Shown here: in pieces, positions 1-10,225 of the stretch | How the letters are laid out: each line of letters starts with the position of its first letter | Numbering within the stretch: the stretch's first letter is position 1 | Origin: an uncultured Acidimicrobiia bacterium | GTDB lineage: Bacteria > Acidobacteriota > Terriglobia > Versatilivoradales > Versatilivoraceae | Reading direction: 5' to 3' | DNA length: 64,000 nucleotides | NCBI GenBank assembly: GCA_963786955.1 | Contig: CAWBAT010000004.1 | Location: 544,001-608,000 of the forward strand | Notes under the pieces: model-generated | Database searches by the model: none | Told to the model about the DNA's origin: nothing | Seen by the model: only the letters and a program-made list of their open reading frames with translations | Program-made: the position numbers and the translations under genes

Positions 1-1563
1 ACCAGCCCCGCCTTCTCTCGCAGAATTGAGAGCCTCTTTTTCGGGCGTGATTTCAAGTGTGCCGAGGATGAGGATATTCATCGTCACGGGACTTCCTCGA
101 TCAAGTATGGCCGCGGAGCGGTTCTTACAGTCGATCTGACGAATCGGTGCAACATGATGTGCAACCCTTGCTTCATGGACGCAAACCAGGTGGGTTATGT
201 GCATCAGCCTGAGTGGGAAGACATCAAGGCGATTTTCGATCGGGCGATTTCCTTCAAACCCAAGCGTCAGATTATTATCCTTCTCTCGGGCGGAGAACCC
301 ACAATTTCTCCCTTCTTTTTGGAAGCCGTCGCGTACGCCAAGAAGATCGGTTTTTACCGGATCATGGCTGCCACCAATGGAATTCGCTTCGCTCAGAGCG
401 AAGAATTTACTCGCCAGGCTCATGAAGCTGGCCTCCATGGCGCTTACTTGCAATTCGATGGTACGACCAACGAACTTAATCAGCATCGTGGGGTCGGGAA
501 TCTTTTCGATGTCAAATTGCAGGCCATTGAAAACATGGCCAAAGTTGGAATGAAAACAACGTTAGTCACCACGATTGTCAATGGTGTGAATAACCACGGA
601 ATTGGGGCCATTGTTGATTTCGCAGTGCGTAATATTGATAAGATCCAGACTATCGCTTTTCAGCCGGTGTCATTTACCGGGAGAGACGAAGACATTGACG
701 ATGAAACTCGCTATGCCCAGCGTTACACCCTCTCCCAGATGACTGAGGACTTAAGAGAGCAGCTGGGTTCCGACTGGGATCCGATGCGCGACTGGTTTCC
801 TCTTTCTTCCTACAGTGCTTTTACCAGTGTCATGGATCTGTTGCAGGGAGCGGATGCTCCCTGGGGTTGGAGTGCGTGCAACTGTCATCCTAATTGCGGC
901 ATTTTTTCTCTGTTGGTGGTAAATCGCAAAACCCACGAATTTACCCCCCTCTATAAGTTCTTTGATTATGAACAGTTTATCCGTGATGTGGCGGTGATCA
1001 CAGACACGGCTCGCGGCAAGACACTCACGGCTGCCCAATTGGCTCTCTCCATCATGCGGAACTACAAAGCGGGCAAAGCCCCTGAAGGGTTCCCCATTCA
1101 ACAAATCGTCAACCTCTTTAAGCCCAGTTCCAGCACACCGAACAGTGATCGAAATGATCGCATGAAGATTCAAAGTGAGAATGATAACTGGCGCATTTTG
1201 TGCGTTGAAGGGATGTGGTTCCAGGATCTCTGGACCTACGACTTTCGCCGGACGGAAATGTGCGTGATTCCCTACGGAACTCAGGAAGGAGAGATTTCTT
1301 TCTGTGCGTACAATACCGGGGTCGGCTGGCGACAGATCATCGAGAACATGCACCAGACAGCCACCCTCGCCGAATGGCATCGCACTGAGGGAAGGCATGA
1401 GATCTTCGCAAAAGGGAAACCCGTTCCGCTGAGAACCGATCAACATCATTTGATCTTACCGGTTATTCAACCCGCTTCGGGAGGTGGGAGTTGCTGTAAC
1501 TCCAACCCGGCAATTTCGGAGAAGGATCGGGAGATTCTCGCAGCTGTTCGTACTGGGAAATAG
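1..1563 (+). CDS. Radical SAM protein, tetraether lipid synthase (Tes/GDGT-MAS, MJ0619-like) homolog; 5' end outside window
   Basis: Frame is open from base 1 (TSPAFSRR...GRGAVLTVDLTNRCNMMCNPCF). CxxxCxxC at 148-171, SGGEPT, ATNG, YLQFDG, FQPVSFTGR, CNCHPNCG, GMWFQD and ISFCAYN motifs match the Tes family as I recall it. Confidence 0.75.
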   Translation, partial: TSPAFSRRIESLFFGRDFKCAEDEDIHRHGTSSIKYGRGAVLTVDLTNRCNMMCNPCFMDANQVGYVHQPEWEDIKAIFDRAISFKPKRQIIILLSGGEPTISPFFLEAVAYAKKIGFYRIMAATNGIRFAQSEEFTRQAHEAGLHGAYLQFDGTTNELNQHRGVGNLFDVKLQAIENMAKVGMKTTLVTTIVNGVNNHGIGAIVDFAVRNIDKIQTIAFQPVSFTGRDEDIDDETRYAQRYTLSQMTEDLREQLGSDWDPMRDWFPLSSYSAFTSVMDLLQGADAPWGWSACNCHPNCGIFSLLVVNRKTHEFTPLYKFFDYEQFIRDVAVITDTARGKTLTAAQLALSIMRNYKAGKAPEGFPIQQIVNLFKPSSSTPNSDRNDRMKIQSENDNWRILCVEGMWFQDLWTYDFRRTEMCVIPYGTQEGEISFCAYNTGVGWRQIIENMHQTATLAEWHRTEGRHEIFAKGKPVPLRTDQHHLILPVIQPASGGGSCCNSNPAISEKDREILAAVRTGK

Positions 1564-1610
1564 CTTCTTCCGCAAATCGTCTCGTTTTTGCATCTCTGTG
1601 AAATTAATGG

Positions 1611-1640
1611 AACGCAGGCCCCGGTGGCCTGCGTTTTTTG
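1611..1640 (+). terminator. Probable intrinsic terminator
   Basis: AACGCAGGCC-ccggt-GGCCTGCGTT hairpin followed by a T tract, downstream of the radical SAM stop. Confidence 0.6.
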
Positions 1641-1647
1641 TTGAACC

Positions 1648-2706
1648 ATGAAATACTCCATTGCTGAACTCGCCAAACTCCTCGGGTTGGCCTTTCAGGG
1701 TGACGGAGAAAGGATACTCTCCCGCGTTTCTGGCTGGGACAAGGCCGATGACGCGTCTCTGATCTTCATTGATGGGCAGAAGCCCGCCGGGTTTTCTTCC
1801 GATCCCCTTCCAGCCGCTTGTGTCATGACGTCTCGACAACTCGTTCACTCGAATTGGAATGCCATCCTGTCGGAAAAACCGAAACTGGATTTTTCCAGAG
1901 CAGCCGAACTATTGGCTCCACGACCAATCGGTCGCGGGCTGATTCACCCGACGGCAATCATTGATCCAGAAGCCCTCCTAGAGGAAGCCGTAGAAATTGG
2001 CCCCTATGTGGTTGTTGGAGCAAAAACGAGAATAGGAAAAGCATCCATTCTAATGGCCGGAGTGTGCATCGGGGAGGAGTGTGTTCTCGGAGAAAATTGC
2101 ATCCTCCACCCGAGAACGACCCTCTATCCGGGAGTACACTTAGGAAATCGCGTGACGTTGCACGCGGGAGCGGTTGTGGGCGGTGATGGATTCGGATACA
2201 TCTTTGATGGCAGAGAGCATGTCAAATTCCCTCAGATTGGGAGCGTCGTCATTGAAGACAATGTAGAAATAGGCGCCAATACTACCATTGATCGAGGCTC
2301 CCTGGGCGTCACTCGCATCGGTTGCGGGGCCAAGATCGATAACCTCGTCCAGATTGCCCACAATGTGGAGATTGGAAGAGGAGTCGTCATAGCCGCCCAA
2401 ACTGGCATTTCAGGGAGCACCGTGATTGAGGATCATGCCATCATTGGCGGGCAAGTGGGGTTTGGTGACCATGCTCGCGTGGAGAGCGGTGCCGTAATCG
2501 GTTCAAAAGCCGGTGTTTTGCCTGGGAAAATCGTCCGCGGAGGACAGGTCTACTGGGGAGTTCCGGTACGCCCTCTTCAGGAATACAAGAAACTCAATGC
2601 TTTGTTTGGCCGGCTGCCTGAAATGAAGAAACAAATTGATCAATTGTTGCTCAGACTCAGGGAACTTGAGGAGAAGTTTTCGAAAGGGCTCTCGAAGGAA
2701 GAATGA
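1648..2706 (+). CDS. lpxD: UDP-3-O-(3-hydroxyacyl)glucosamine N-acyltransferase
   Basis: Hexapeptide repeats; [30 protein letters not shown] and [12 protein letters not shown] motifs. Confidence 0.93.
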   Translation: MKYSIAELAKLLGLAFQGDGERILSRVSGWDKADDASLIFIDGQKPAGFSSDPLPAACVMTSRQLVHSNWNAILSEKPKLDFSRAAELLAPRPIGRGLIHPTAIIDPEALLEEAVEIGPYVVVGAKTRIGKASILMAGVCIGEECVLGENCILHPRTTLYPGVHLGNRVTLHAGAVVGGDGFGYIFDGREHVKFPQIGSVVIEDNVEIGANTTIDRGSLGVTRIGCGAKIDNLVQIAHNVEIGRGVVIAAQTGISGSTVIEDHAIIGGQVGFGDHARVESGAVIGSKAGVLPGKIVRGGQVYWGVPVRPLQEYKKLNALFGRLPEMKKQIDQLLLRLRELEEKFSKGLSKEE

Positions 2707-2754
2707 TTGGCATTGGATTGCGGCTTATAGGGTTTTCTCCTAAAGGTATCACCC

Positions 2755-3594
2755 ATGTTCATAGCTCTCCAAAGTCTCGTGACCATGCACTGCAACCTGC
2801 TCACCGACATTCGGGTCGCGACCGAGACAGGGCACTCCGGCATCGAAATTAACGGTCCCAAATTGAAGCGATATCTGGCACAAGGCTACGAGATCGAAAG
2901 CCTTTTGCCCCTGTTGAAGGACCTGCCGCCCGTCGGACTGACCTATGTCCAGGACATCGAGCGAAAGGATCCACGGCAACGGGCCGCACTCCTGGAAGAA
3001 TGTGAAGTGCTCTGTTCCCTGGCTGAGAAATTGGGTTGTCCGATGGTGCAGCTACTGACAGGACCGCTCGATCCAAACGGTTCCTATAAGGGGCTGGGAG
3101 ACATTCCTTGGTCGGAACTCCGCGAGCAGACCGCAAAGAATCTAAGGTCAATCGCAAAGATTGGACGGGCACATCAGGTTCGATTCTTTCTCGAAGCTCT
3201 CACATGGACGCCCCTTCACAAGCTCAGCCAAGTCCTCGAAGTCATCGACGCTGCAGGCGAGAATAATATTGGGCTCGTGGTTGATTTTTGGCACTTATGG
3301 GACAGCGGGACGACTGCAGACGAGATAGCAAAGCTTCAGAAAGATGTTATCTACTGCGTCCACTTTTGTGATTCTCTCGAGAAGTGGGGTGAACGCGGAA
3401 CGCACGAGCAGCGAGGCCGGGATGTGTGGACCGGAGGGGGTCGAATTCCCCTGAAGGAATGGGTCGACGCCGTCAAAAGCACCGGTTTCGATGGGTGTTG
3501 GTCTTGCGAACTGCTAAGTCCGAAATACTGGGAACTCGATCCATGGAAGACGGCTCGCGACCTGAAGGGTTTCTTGGAATATTTGCTCCACTAA
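2755..3594 (+). CDS. Sugar phosphate isomerase/epimerase family (AP_endonuc_2 TIM barrel)
   Basis: FFLE, VDFWH, VHFCD, GxGRIPL and GFDGxWSCEL metal-binding pattern. Confidence 0.85.
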   Translation: MFIALQSLVTMHCNLLTDIRVATETGHSGIEINGPKLKRYLAQGYEIESLLPLLKDLPPVGLTYVQDIERKDPRQRAALLEECEVLCSLAEKLGCPMVQLLTGPLDPNGSYKGLGDIPWSELREQTAKNLRSIAKIGRAHQVRFFLEALTWTPLHKLSQVLEVIDAAGENNIGLVVDFWHLWDSGTTADEIAKLQKDVIYCVHFCDSLEKWGERGTHEQRGRDVWTGGGRIPLKEWVDAVKSTGFDGCWSCELLSPKYWELDPWKTARDLKGFLEYLLH

Positions 3595-3631
3595 AAGTTG
3601 TATTTGTCTTTTCGATTGGAGGTTGAGTGGT

Positions 3632-4888
3632 ATGCCAGGTCCGGGAATGGAGCTCATTGGAGAGGAAGAAATTCAGGAAGTGCTCGAGGTTTTAAGGGGA
3701 GGATACCTCTTCCGTTATGGCGTCTCGCTGGGAACCGAAGTAGATCCTCGCTTCAAAGGAAAAGTTTATCAATGCGAACAGGAAATCGCTCGCTACTCAG
3801 GCGCCCGTTACGCGGTCGCGGTAAATTCCGGCACCTCAGCCCTGCTAACCGCTTTGAGCGGGTTGGGAATCGGCCCTGGAGATGAAGTCATAGTCCCAGG
3901 CTACACCTTTATCGCAAGCATCTCCTCCATTGTATATGCACGGGCCATCCCGGTCTTGGCTGAGATTGACCGGACTTTTAACTTGGATCCGAAAGACGTA
4001 GAGGCAAAAATAACGCCGCATACTAAAGCGATTATGGTCGTCCATATGATGGGGAGCCCTGCCCGGCTAGATGAACTCAGAGACATCGCTAATCTACATG
4101 GCTTGCCGCTTGTTGAGGATTGTGCGCAAGCCTTTGGAGCGAGTTATAAGGGAAAGCCTGTAGGCTCCATTGGGAAGGTCGGAACATTCAGCTTCAACGT
4201 CTACAAGACCATAACATCTGGGGATGGGGGGATGGTCATCACAGATGATGAAGATCTCTATCGACGCTGTTTCGCGTTTCACGATCAGGGCCATTCGCCC
4301 CTTCGAACCGGAGTGGAAATAGGCAATCGTCCCTTTATTGGGCTCGACTTTCGATTCACCGAACTTCAAGCTGCCGTGTTGCTGGCCCAATTCAGGAAGC
4401 TTCCTCGGATCCTCAGTCATCTGCGGGCCAATAAAAAGCACTACAAGGAATTGATTGCCGATTTGCCCGACCTGGAGTTTAGGGAGCTACCCGATCCCGA
4501 GGGAGACTGCGCCACGATGCTGACGGTGATTCTGCCCAGCGCCGAGATTGCCGAGAAAATTGCGAAGGATCTGGGAACGAAGGTAACGGCAGAAGCCGGT
4601 TGGCACGTTTACAAGAATATGGAGCAGATCATGGAGCAGCGGACTATTACGAGTGAAAAATGTCCTTTCTCCTGCCCCTATTACACGAGCAAGGGCGGGA
4701 GTATGCAATATCGAAAAGGGATGCTCCCTCAGACAGACGACCTATTGGGTAGATCTCTCAATATCAGCATCGGGGTATCTGATCCAGGACTGAGTTCATC
4801 CTTCGGTGTAACCATGAAGGACGGATTGGATGTGGTTGAGGAACGTGCAGCCCTGTTCCGACGTGTGGCTAGTCAATATTTAAGGTAA
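3632..4888 (+). CDS. DegT/DnrJ/EryC1/StrS PLP sugar aminotransferase (KdnA-like)
   Basis: NSGTSAL, GPGDEVIVP, EDCAQA and SFNVYKTITSGDGG (PLP Lys). GGAGG lies upstream of ATG 3632. Confidence 0.9.
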   Translation: MPGPGMELIGEEEIQEVLEVLRGGYLFRYGVSLGTEVDPRFKGKVYQCEQEIARYSGARYAVAVNSGTSALLTALSGLGIGPGDEVIVPGYTFIASISSIVYARAIPVLAEIDRTFNLDPKDVEAKITPHTKAIMVVHMMGSPARLDELRDIANLHGLPLVEDCAQAFGASYKGKPVGSIGKVGTFSFNVYKTITSGDGGMVITDDEDLYRRCFAFHDQGHSPLRTGVEIGNRPFIGLDFRFTELQAAVLLAQFRKLPRILSHLRANKKHYKELIADLPDLEFRELPDPEGDCATMLTVILPSAEIAEKIAKDLGTKVTAEAGWHVYKNMEQIMEQRTITSEKCPFSCPYYTSKGGSMQYRKGMLPQTDDLLGRSLNISIGVSDPGLSSSFGVTMKDGLDVVEERAALFRRVASQYLR

Positions 4889-5143
4889 TGGTAGTTAGTT
4901 TCTAAGTACTCGGGGCAGAACCGCGAGAATGCTGCTATTCGCATCCCTGTTTTCGACTACTGTCACTCGCGCGACTATGCTACGTCCACTCAGAGGTTGT
5001 TTCCTAATTGCCCATTTTTGCCGCGAGAAAGGGCCGTTTAAGCCTTAAAAACACCCTTCAAATCAGCCGTATTCCCCATCCAAAGCGGATCTTGTGTGGT
5101 CCGACCCCGCTTGCTTCTTTGCTTGCTATTTTTGCTGACTTCG

Positions 5144-5375
5144 CATGATCCGCTTTATCGGTTTGGGCAATGGCAAGCCAATCTGCACATCCTTGCGGCG
5201 ACCGAAATCAAGACCGTCCCCTACGTTCCCCTATCTCTCCGTTTGTGGAACGGTTGATCGGGATCCTTCGCCGTGAGTACTTGGATCGCACGTTGTTCTG
5301 GGCGAGCGGGGATCTGGAAAACAAGCTGCTCGATTTCAGGCCCTACTTCAACGCTCATCGCAGACACAGCCAACG
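5144..5375 (+). pseudogene. Integrase-core (rve) transposase remnant
   Basis: HDPLYRFGQWQANL..EIKTVPYVPLS, a frameshift, then PFVERLIGILRREYLDRTLFW..YFNAHRRH. No N-terminus. Confidence 0.75.
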
Positions 5376-5999
5376 TAAGTCCCGAACCATCCTATAGAAG
5401 TCCCCGAGTAACGCTCTTAGGCCAGGACCATCTTTACATTCCAACGGTCCGCCCTGCACCTATGCATACAAAGTCCACAGAGCGACCACTTTCCACAAGT
5501 GATACGACCGAAAAGCACCGCTGCAGCCCGGTCACGACTTTGGATCAGTTTTTTGGCCATACGACAGGTTCATTCCTACCAAATTCCACAGACGATGGAT
5601 GACCTGACACGAGGCTTTCCTCACTCCATGATAGCCACAGTGGGCAATACTCCTGCGCCAGACCATACAAGCATTCCACTAATTGGGGGTGAGATTGTGC
5701 TTGCGGTCAATGCTGCCATATGATCGCCTGATCCCACTAGCTGACAGGCGCATTGCTGAGAAATCTGTCCCGTTGACCAACCAGCCGACGTTCGGGCATT
5801 CTTACGTTCTGATTGCGGCAGCCGATGGCCTATCTGAGATTGAGGCTTCGGCAATGGTTACGCCTACGATAATACTTCAGTTGTCTATAATCTGAACAAA
5901 ACTCAAAAATGTCTTTACAGGCATTTTCAGATGTGCTTATGTTAGCATAGATTTCGAATTTTAAAATAAAAAACTGTAACAATCGCGGAGAACACTCAC

Positions 6000-6566
6000 A
6001 TGAAAAATCGACCATGTGTCTTGGTGTTGCTCCTCTGCACCCTGCTTGTAAGCATTGCGTTCGCGGAGGAGCGATTCACACTAGAAGATGGACAGTACGT
6101 TGTGAAGGGGAAAAACCTTCCGAAATTTGTCTGTGTACGAGGTTTTTTTGATTACGCATTTTCTAGCTTCCGAGCGGGAGAGGGGAACTACAAGGATTTT
6201 CTCAAAAAACTAGGTATGGAGCCCGACACTCCTGCTTCTAGGATAGTCACTCGAGCAATGTTTCTGGCTCAAGCCCTCTTGACTGAGGAGGTAGACTTAG
6301 GACCTTATGTGAATGCAGAGCCCGCTGTTTATGATGCCGTCAACCTCAGTTACTTGCGCAACCAAGTCCCACGCATGAAATCAATATACGATTCTATGCT
6401 TAAGGATATGAGTGCGATAGGAGTGCCCGCCGATGCAATCGAAATATTTATTGATCAGACTATCAGACCGTCAACGATAATAATTTCAGCACCCGAAACA
6501 CCAACTAAAGTATTACAGATAATGGATACATTTGAGAATACTGAAGCCGCAAAGGAGAGCAAATAA
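6000..6566 (+). CDS. Hypothetical secreted protein
   Basis: GGAG RBS, Sec-type signal peptide (..SIAFA/EE), lower GC, no recognised domain. Confidence 0.7.
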   Translation: MKNRPCVLVLLLCTLLVSIAFAEERFTLEDGQYVVKGKNLPKFVCVRGFFDYAFSSFRAGEGNYKDFLKKLGMEPDTPASRIVTRAMFLAQALLTEEVDLGPYVNAEPAVYDAVNLSYLRNQVPRMKSIYDSMLKDMSAIGVPADAIEIFIDQTIRPSTIIISAPETPTKVLQIMDTFENTEAAKESK

Positions 6567-7007
6567 ATGAACCGTAAACTATTATTGTTTGTGGCTGTAA
6601 TTTTGACATCACCCGCTGTTGTCAATGCTACAGTGCTTTCTGTCACTCCGAGATTCACGGGATATATGTTGGGTGGATTACCTTACGCAAGGGGCGAAGC
6701 TACTGGACGGGCCGACTCTGTTTCCCCAGAAGATTATAACCACCTACTGCTTGTTTCAGTAGAAGTCTATAGGAGTTCATCTTCAACTCAATGCGGATAC
6801 ACAGACACGTACACGTATCTTACCAATGGCTCTGGCGCTGTTACTATCACACGTAGTGGTCAGACTAATCTTGTTCAAACGCAATCTCCCAACCCGGTTA
6901 CACAATGTAAGATGCATAGAGTAATGGGCGCCGTAAGCATCATAGGCAGCTGTACCCGGGGGGAACAAGTGTTTACTTGTGGAAGTGTCCCCGCATGTAT
7001 GGAATAA
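6567..7007 (+). CDS. Hypothetical secreted protein, Cys/Thr-rich
   Basis: ATG directly follows the upstream stop; AAGGAG RBS; signal peptide (..PAVVNA); five Cys in the mature part. Confidence 0.7.
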   Translation: MNRKLLLFVAVILTSPAVVNATVLSVTPRFTGYMLGGLPYARGEATGRADSVSPEDYNHLLLVSVEVYRSSSSTQCGYTDTYTYLTNGSGAVTITRSGQTNLVQTQSPNPVTQCKMHRVMGAVSIIGSCTRGEQVFTCGSVPACME

Positions 7008-7339
7008 CAATTTCAGCTTAGGGCTATGAAACTAGATTCAAGACTGGGTTAAGGCCCCCGCGATGGGCGGCTATAGCTTATTAAGGGAATGCGCCCTCAC
7101 CAGGTCGTAGCACTCTTGCCAATTTCCGATCACAATCTGTGCCTACTTCCACTAATATAAACGCATTACAAACAAGCGGGGCCGGACCAAGCAAGATCCT
7201 TTCTGGATGCTGAATACATGGGATTTTGGAGGTATTTTTTATACTTAGAACCCCTTTTTTTAAATGGAAAAAGGGGTATTGTGAAAAAGGCTCTGCGCGG
7301 AGTAGCATAAGCATGAGAGAGAGTCATACGCTGGGCAGA

Positions 7340-7600
7340 ATCTTCAGCTATGAAGGGGAAAACCGCCAGAAGACCTTTGATGGAGGGATGGGGAACACGG
7401 CCCAATACGTGTATGATGGAGACGGAAAAGGAATCAAGAAGATCCAGGGGGGAGCGACGACCCTCTATGTCTACAATGCCTTCGGAAACTTGATCGCGGA
7501 ATACTCTGACCATCCTTCCTCATCCGGGGGGACGACTTACCTGACCACGGATCATTTGGGGACCCCGCGGGTGGTGACCGATCCGAGCGGGGCCAGCCAG
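7340..7600 (+). pseudogene. RHS/YD-repeat protein fragment
   Basis: YEGENRQ..YVYDGDGK..TLYVYNAFGNLIAEY..YLTTDHLGTPRVVTD; ends before the RHS core-end motif. Confidence 0.8.
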
Positions 7601-7775
7601 AACATAAACTTCTGCAATTTAGTAATAGTTTCATAAACCCGCTAACGTATCTTTGAGCTTCCAGTAGACGGGGTTGTCTGCCAGACAGCGGATCGGGTGA
7701 GGGGTAGCTTCGCGTGTTAGAGTCTTTCATAATTAATTGAATGCAACTTGGTATAAGGTCTGACGATTACAGCTG

Positions 7776-8804
7776 ATGATAAACAAGCTGCGGTTTGCGG
7801 TTATAGGCACAGGGAATATCATCCGCGAGTTTCATTTGCCTGCGTTGATTCAAAACCCCAGGGCGGATGTGGTTGGCGCAGCCAACCTGCGCTCTGCATC
7901 GCTTGAGGCATTGGCAAAGGAATTCAGGATCAAGAAGACCTACACGGATTTCAATCTGCTGGCCCAAGACTCCGACATTGATGCCGTTGTGATCGGCCTA
8001 CCAAACTACTTAAACGCGCCAACAGCTATCAAAATGCTGCGAGCAGGAAAGCATGTGCTGTGCGAAAAACCCATGGCTAGGACGGTGACAGAGGCGGAAG
8101 CCATGGTTAAAGCAGCCGAACATTCGGGCAGAACCTTGATGATTGCGCACGTCTGGCGCTCACACGAAGAGATGCAGTGGCTCCGTGACGTCATCAACTC
8201 AGAAAAGCTCGGCCGCATCTTCAAGTGCAGAGCCCATGCCATTCCGGCGGGCTGGGGACCGCCAGCAGGAAGTTGGAGAACTCAAGCTGAACTCTCTGGA
8301 GGCGGTGCTTTTGCAGACATAGGGATCCACTCAGTAGATACCTTATCCTTTCTGTTTAATGATCAGCTATTCCCCCTTAAGGTCTTTGCTTCCAAAGGCA
8401 ATCATTTCCACAAGCTCGAAGTGGAGGACACCGCCAGCGTTTTGATTGAGTATGAGAACGGGATGACAGCGTGTATTGAAGCGGGGTGGTATCATCCCTT
8501 TGCCAACAGCCTTCACGGAGCCGTAGAGGTATTCGGCACTGAAGGCTATGCACGAGTGTTTCCGACCGAGTTGTACTGCAAGGTTGAAGGGATCTGGGGG
8601 TGGCAGACTCCTGCGGTGACCTCCGAACGGCCGCATATTGACAAGCCCATGTACGCGGCTCAGATCGATCATTTCATCGATTGTATTATCACCGGCCGGG
8701 CACCCTTGTGCGATGGCCGCCAAGGCCTCCAGGCGGTAAGGTTGATGGAAGCGGTATACGAATCGGCACGGCGAGGAGAGGTCATCAAACTCTCCCCAGC
8801 CTGA
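7776..8804 (+). CDS. Gfo/Idh/MocA family oxidoreductase
   Basis: N-terminal GTGNI Rossmann motif, GKHVLCEKPMA, GGGAFADIGIH. Confidence 0.92.
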   Translation: MINKLRFAVIGTGNIIREFHLPALIQNPRADVVGAANLRSASLEALAKEFRIKKTYTDFNLLAQDSDIDAVVIGLPNYLNAPTAIKMLRAGKHVLCEKPMARTVTEAEAMVKAAEHSGRTLMIAHVWRSHEEMQWLRDVINSEKLGRIFKCRAHAIPAGWGPPAGSWRTQAELSGGGAFADIGIHSVDTLSFLFNDQLFPLKVFASKGNHFHKLEVEDTASVLIEYENGMTACIEAGWYHPFANSLHGAVEVFGTEGYARVFPTELYCKVEGIWGWQTPAVTSERPHIDKPMYAAQIDHFIDCIITGRAPLCDGRQGLQAVRLMEAVYESARRGEVIKLSPA

Positions 8805-8837
8805 ATTCCGGGGCATCTTAATACTCAGGAGGCAAAG

Positions 8838-9653
8838 GTGAGCGGATTTCCAACCATCGCGGTCAACACGGTGACCTATCTTCCCTACAGTTTGGACGAG
8901 GCGCTCCGGGGAATTCGAGCGGCCGGATTCAGATATGTAGAGCTCGCCTCCATCCCAGGTGTATGTCAGCACATCCCACTCGACATGGGTGATACTGCAA
9001 TCAAGACATTGAAAAAGAAGCTCGCCAATTTAGGCCTGAAGCTATGCAGCCTCAGTTCTCATACCGACTTGACCAGCAAAGAGGGGTCTAGGCTCGCGAT
9101 GCAGGCAATAAACCTGGCATCACGACTGGAAGTATCCATCGTCAACACGGCAGTTGGAGGACCTTCGAACGAAAACGAAGATGAGTCCCTCTTTCTGGAA
9201 AATATTCCAGAGATCGCAGACTATGCCCGACGTAACCGCGTAGTCTTGGCTCTGGAGATTCATGGCACTTTGACCTCGACTGGCAAGAAGAGCCTGGGGT
9301 TGATCCGAAAGGTAAACCATCCCAACGTGAAGATTAATTACGATACCGGGAATAGCCTCTATTTTGCAGGAACTTCGCCTTATGAAGATCTCATGGAAGC
9401 CCTACCCGAGGTGGCACACATTCACCTTAAGGACAAGGTCGGAGGTAGAAGGGTTTGGAATTTCCCGCCCATCGGTACCGGTGAGATTGATTTTCGGCGA
9501 ATACTGGATTCGCTCTCAACCGCCAACTTTTCAGGCCCCATGAGCATTGAAATTGAATTCACAGAAAAAGGATGGCCCAGTTTGACAGAAGTCGATGACG
9601 CCGTTGTTGTCTCTTTTCGAAACTTGGGGAAGCTGTTAAAACGAAGGGAATAA
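8838..9653 (+). CDS. Sugar phosphate isomerase/epimerase family
   Basis: LALEIH, NYDTGN, HIHLKD, GTGEIDF, SIEIE; GTG start after AGGAGG. Confidence 0.88.
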   Translation: MSGFPTIAVNTVTYLPYSLDEALRGIRAAGFRYVELASIPGVCQHIPLDMGDTAIKTLKKKLANLGLKLCSLSSHTDLTSKEGSRLAMQAINLASRLEVSIVNTAVGGPSNENEDESLFLENIPEIADYARRNRVVLALEIHGTLTSTGKKSLGLIRKVNHPNVKINYDTGNSLYFAGTSPYEDLMEALPEVAHIHLKDKVGGRRVWNFPPIGTGEIDFRRILDSLSTANFSGPMSIEIEFTEKGWPSLTEVDDAVVVSFRNLGKLLKRRE

Positions 9654-9669
9654 CAAGCTGATCGCTGAA

Positions 9670-10225
9670 GTAGCAACAGGCCTCCTGGCCTGTTGGCCGG
9701 GGCCAGCGGCCCCGGCTACAGCTGATCCTTGCGACATTGCACAAAAGGCTTGGACGCTTGTTGCCAGGGGTAATCGGTCGCCACGACGCAGCTTTGCCCG
9801 AGTGTAGCGCGGACCTGGATTCCCCCTTTGAAGGGGGTGCCGCTTTGCGGCAGGGGATGTAAAGGGTCCGCGTCTTGTCTTCTCATTCTTGAATAGGCCG
9901 CAGAGTCAGAATACGACTCTGCGGCCTTCTGAGGAAAGTGTTTAACGCTCCTCCCTTCCCCCAAAGCCGCGGAGTTAAACCGCAACTCCGCGCTACCTGC
10001 TCTGTCACATGTTCATCGAGCGTGCGCGGGAGTGCCCGCTCCGCCTAGCCCTCCAAACAGGTCGCTCCTGACGGAGCTGCGATTCTTGACGATTGCTCAG
10101 TTCTAGAGACAGCCCGCCGCGACGCGGCTTTGCGCGAGTGTAGCGCGGACCCGCTTTCCGGGTTTGCGGCCTTTCTACTCACCAGTTTCAATGAGCCACA
10201 GAGTCAAGAATCGACTCAGCACTAC
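9670..10225. repeat. Cluster of REP-like palindromes (BIME-like)
   Basis: GTAGCAACAGGCCTCCTGGCCTGTT..CCGGGGCC..GGCCCCGGCTAC (copy at 24476-24525); two copies of GCTTTGCnCGAGTGTAGCGCGGACC; GAGCGTGCGCGGGAGTGCCCGCTCC. Confidence 0.75.

Noticed and set aside
751-1449. Long antisense ORFs (also 8367-8972, 35229-35981, 38389-38970)
   Set aside because: Shadows of well-supported genes on the opposite strand.
5400-5990. Short ORFs between the integrase remnant and the secreted pair
   Set aside because: No recognisable motifs; probably degraded DNA plus an AT-rich promoter region.
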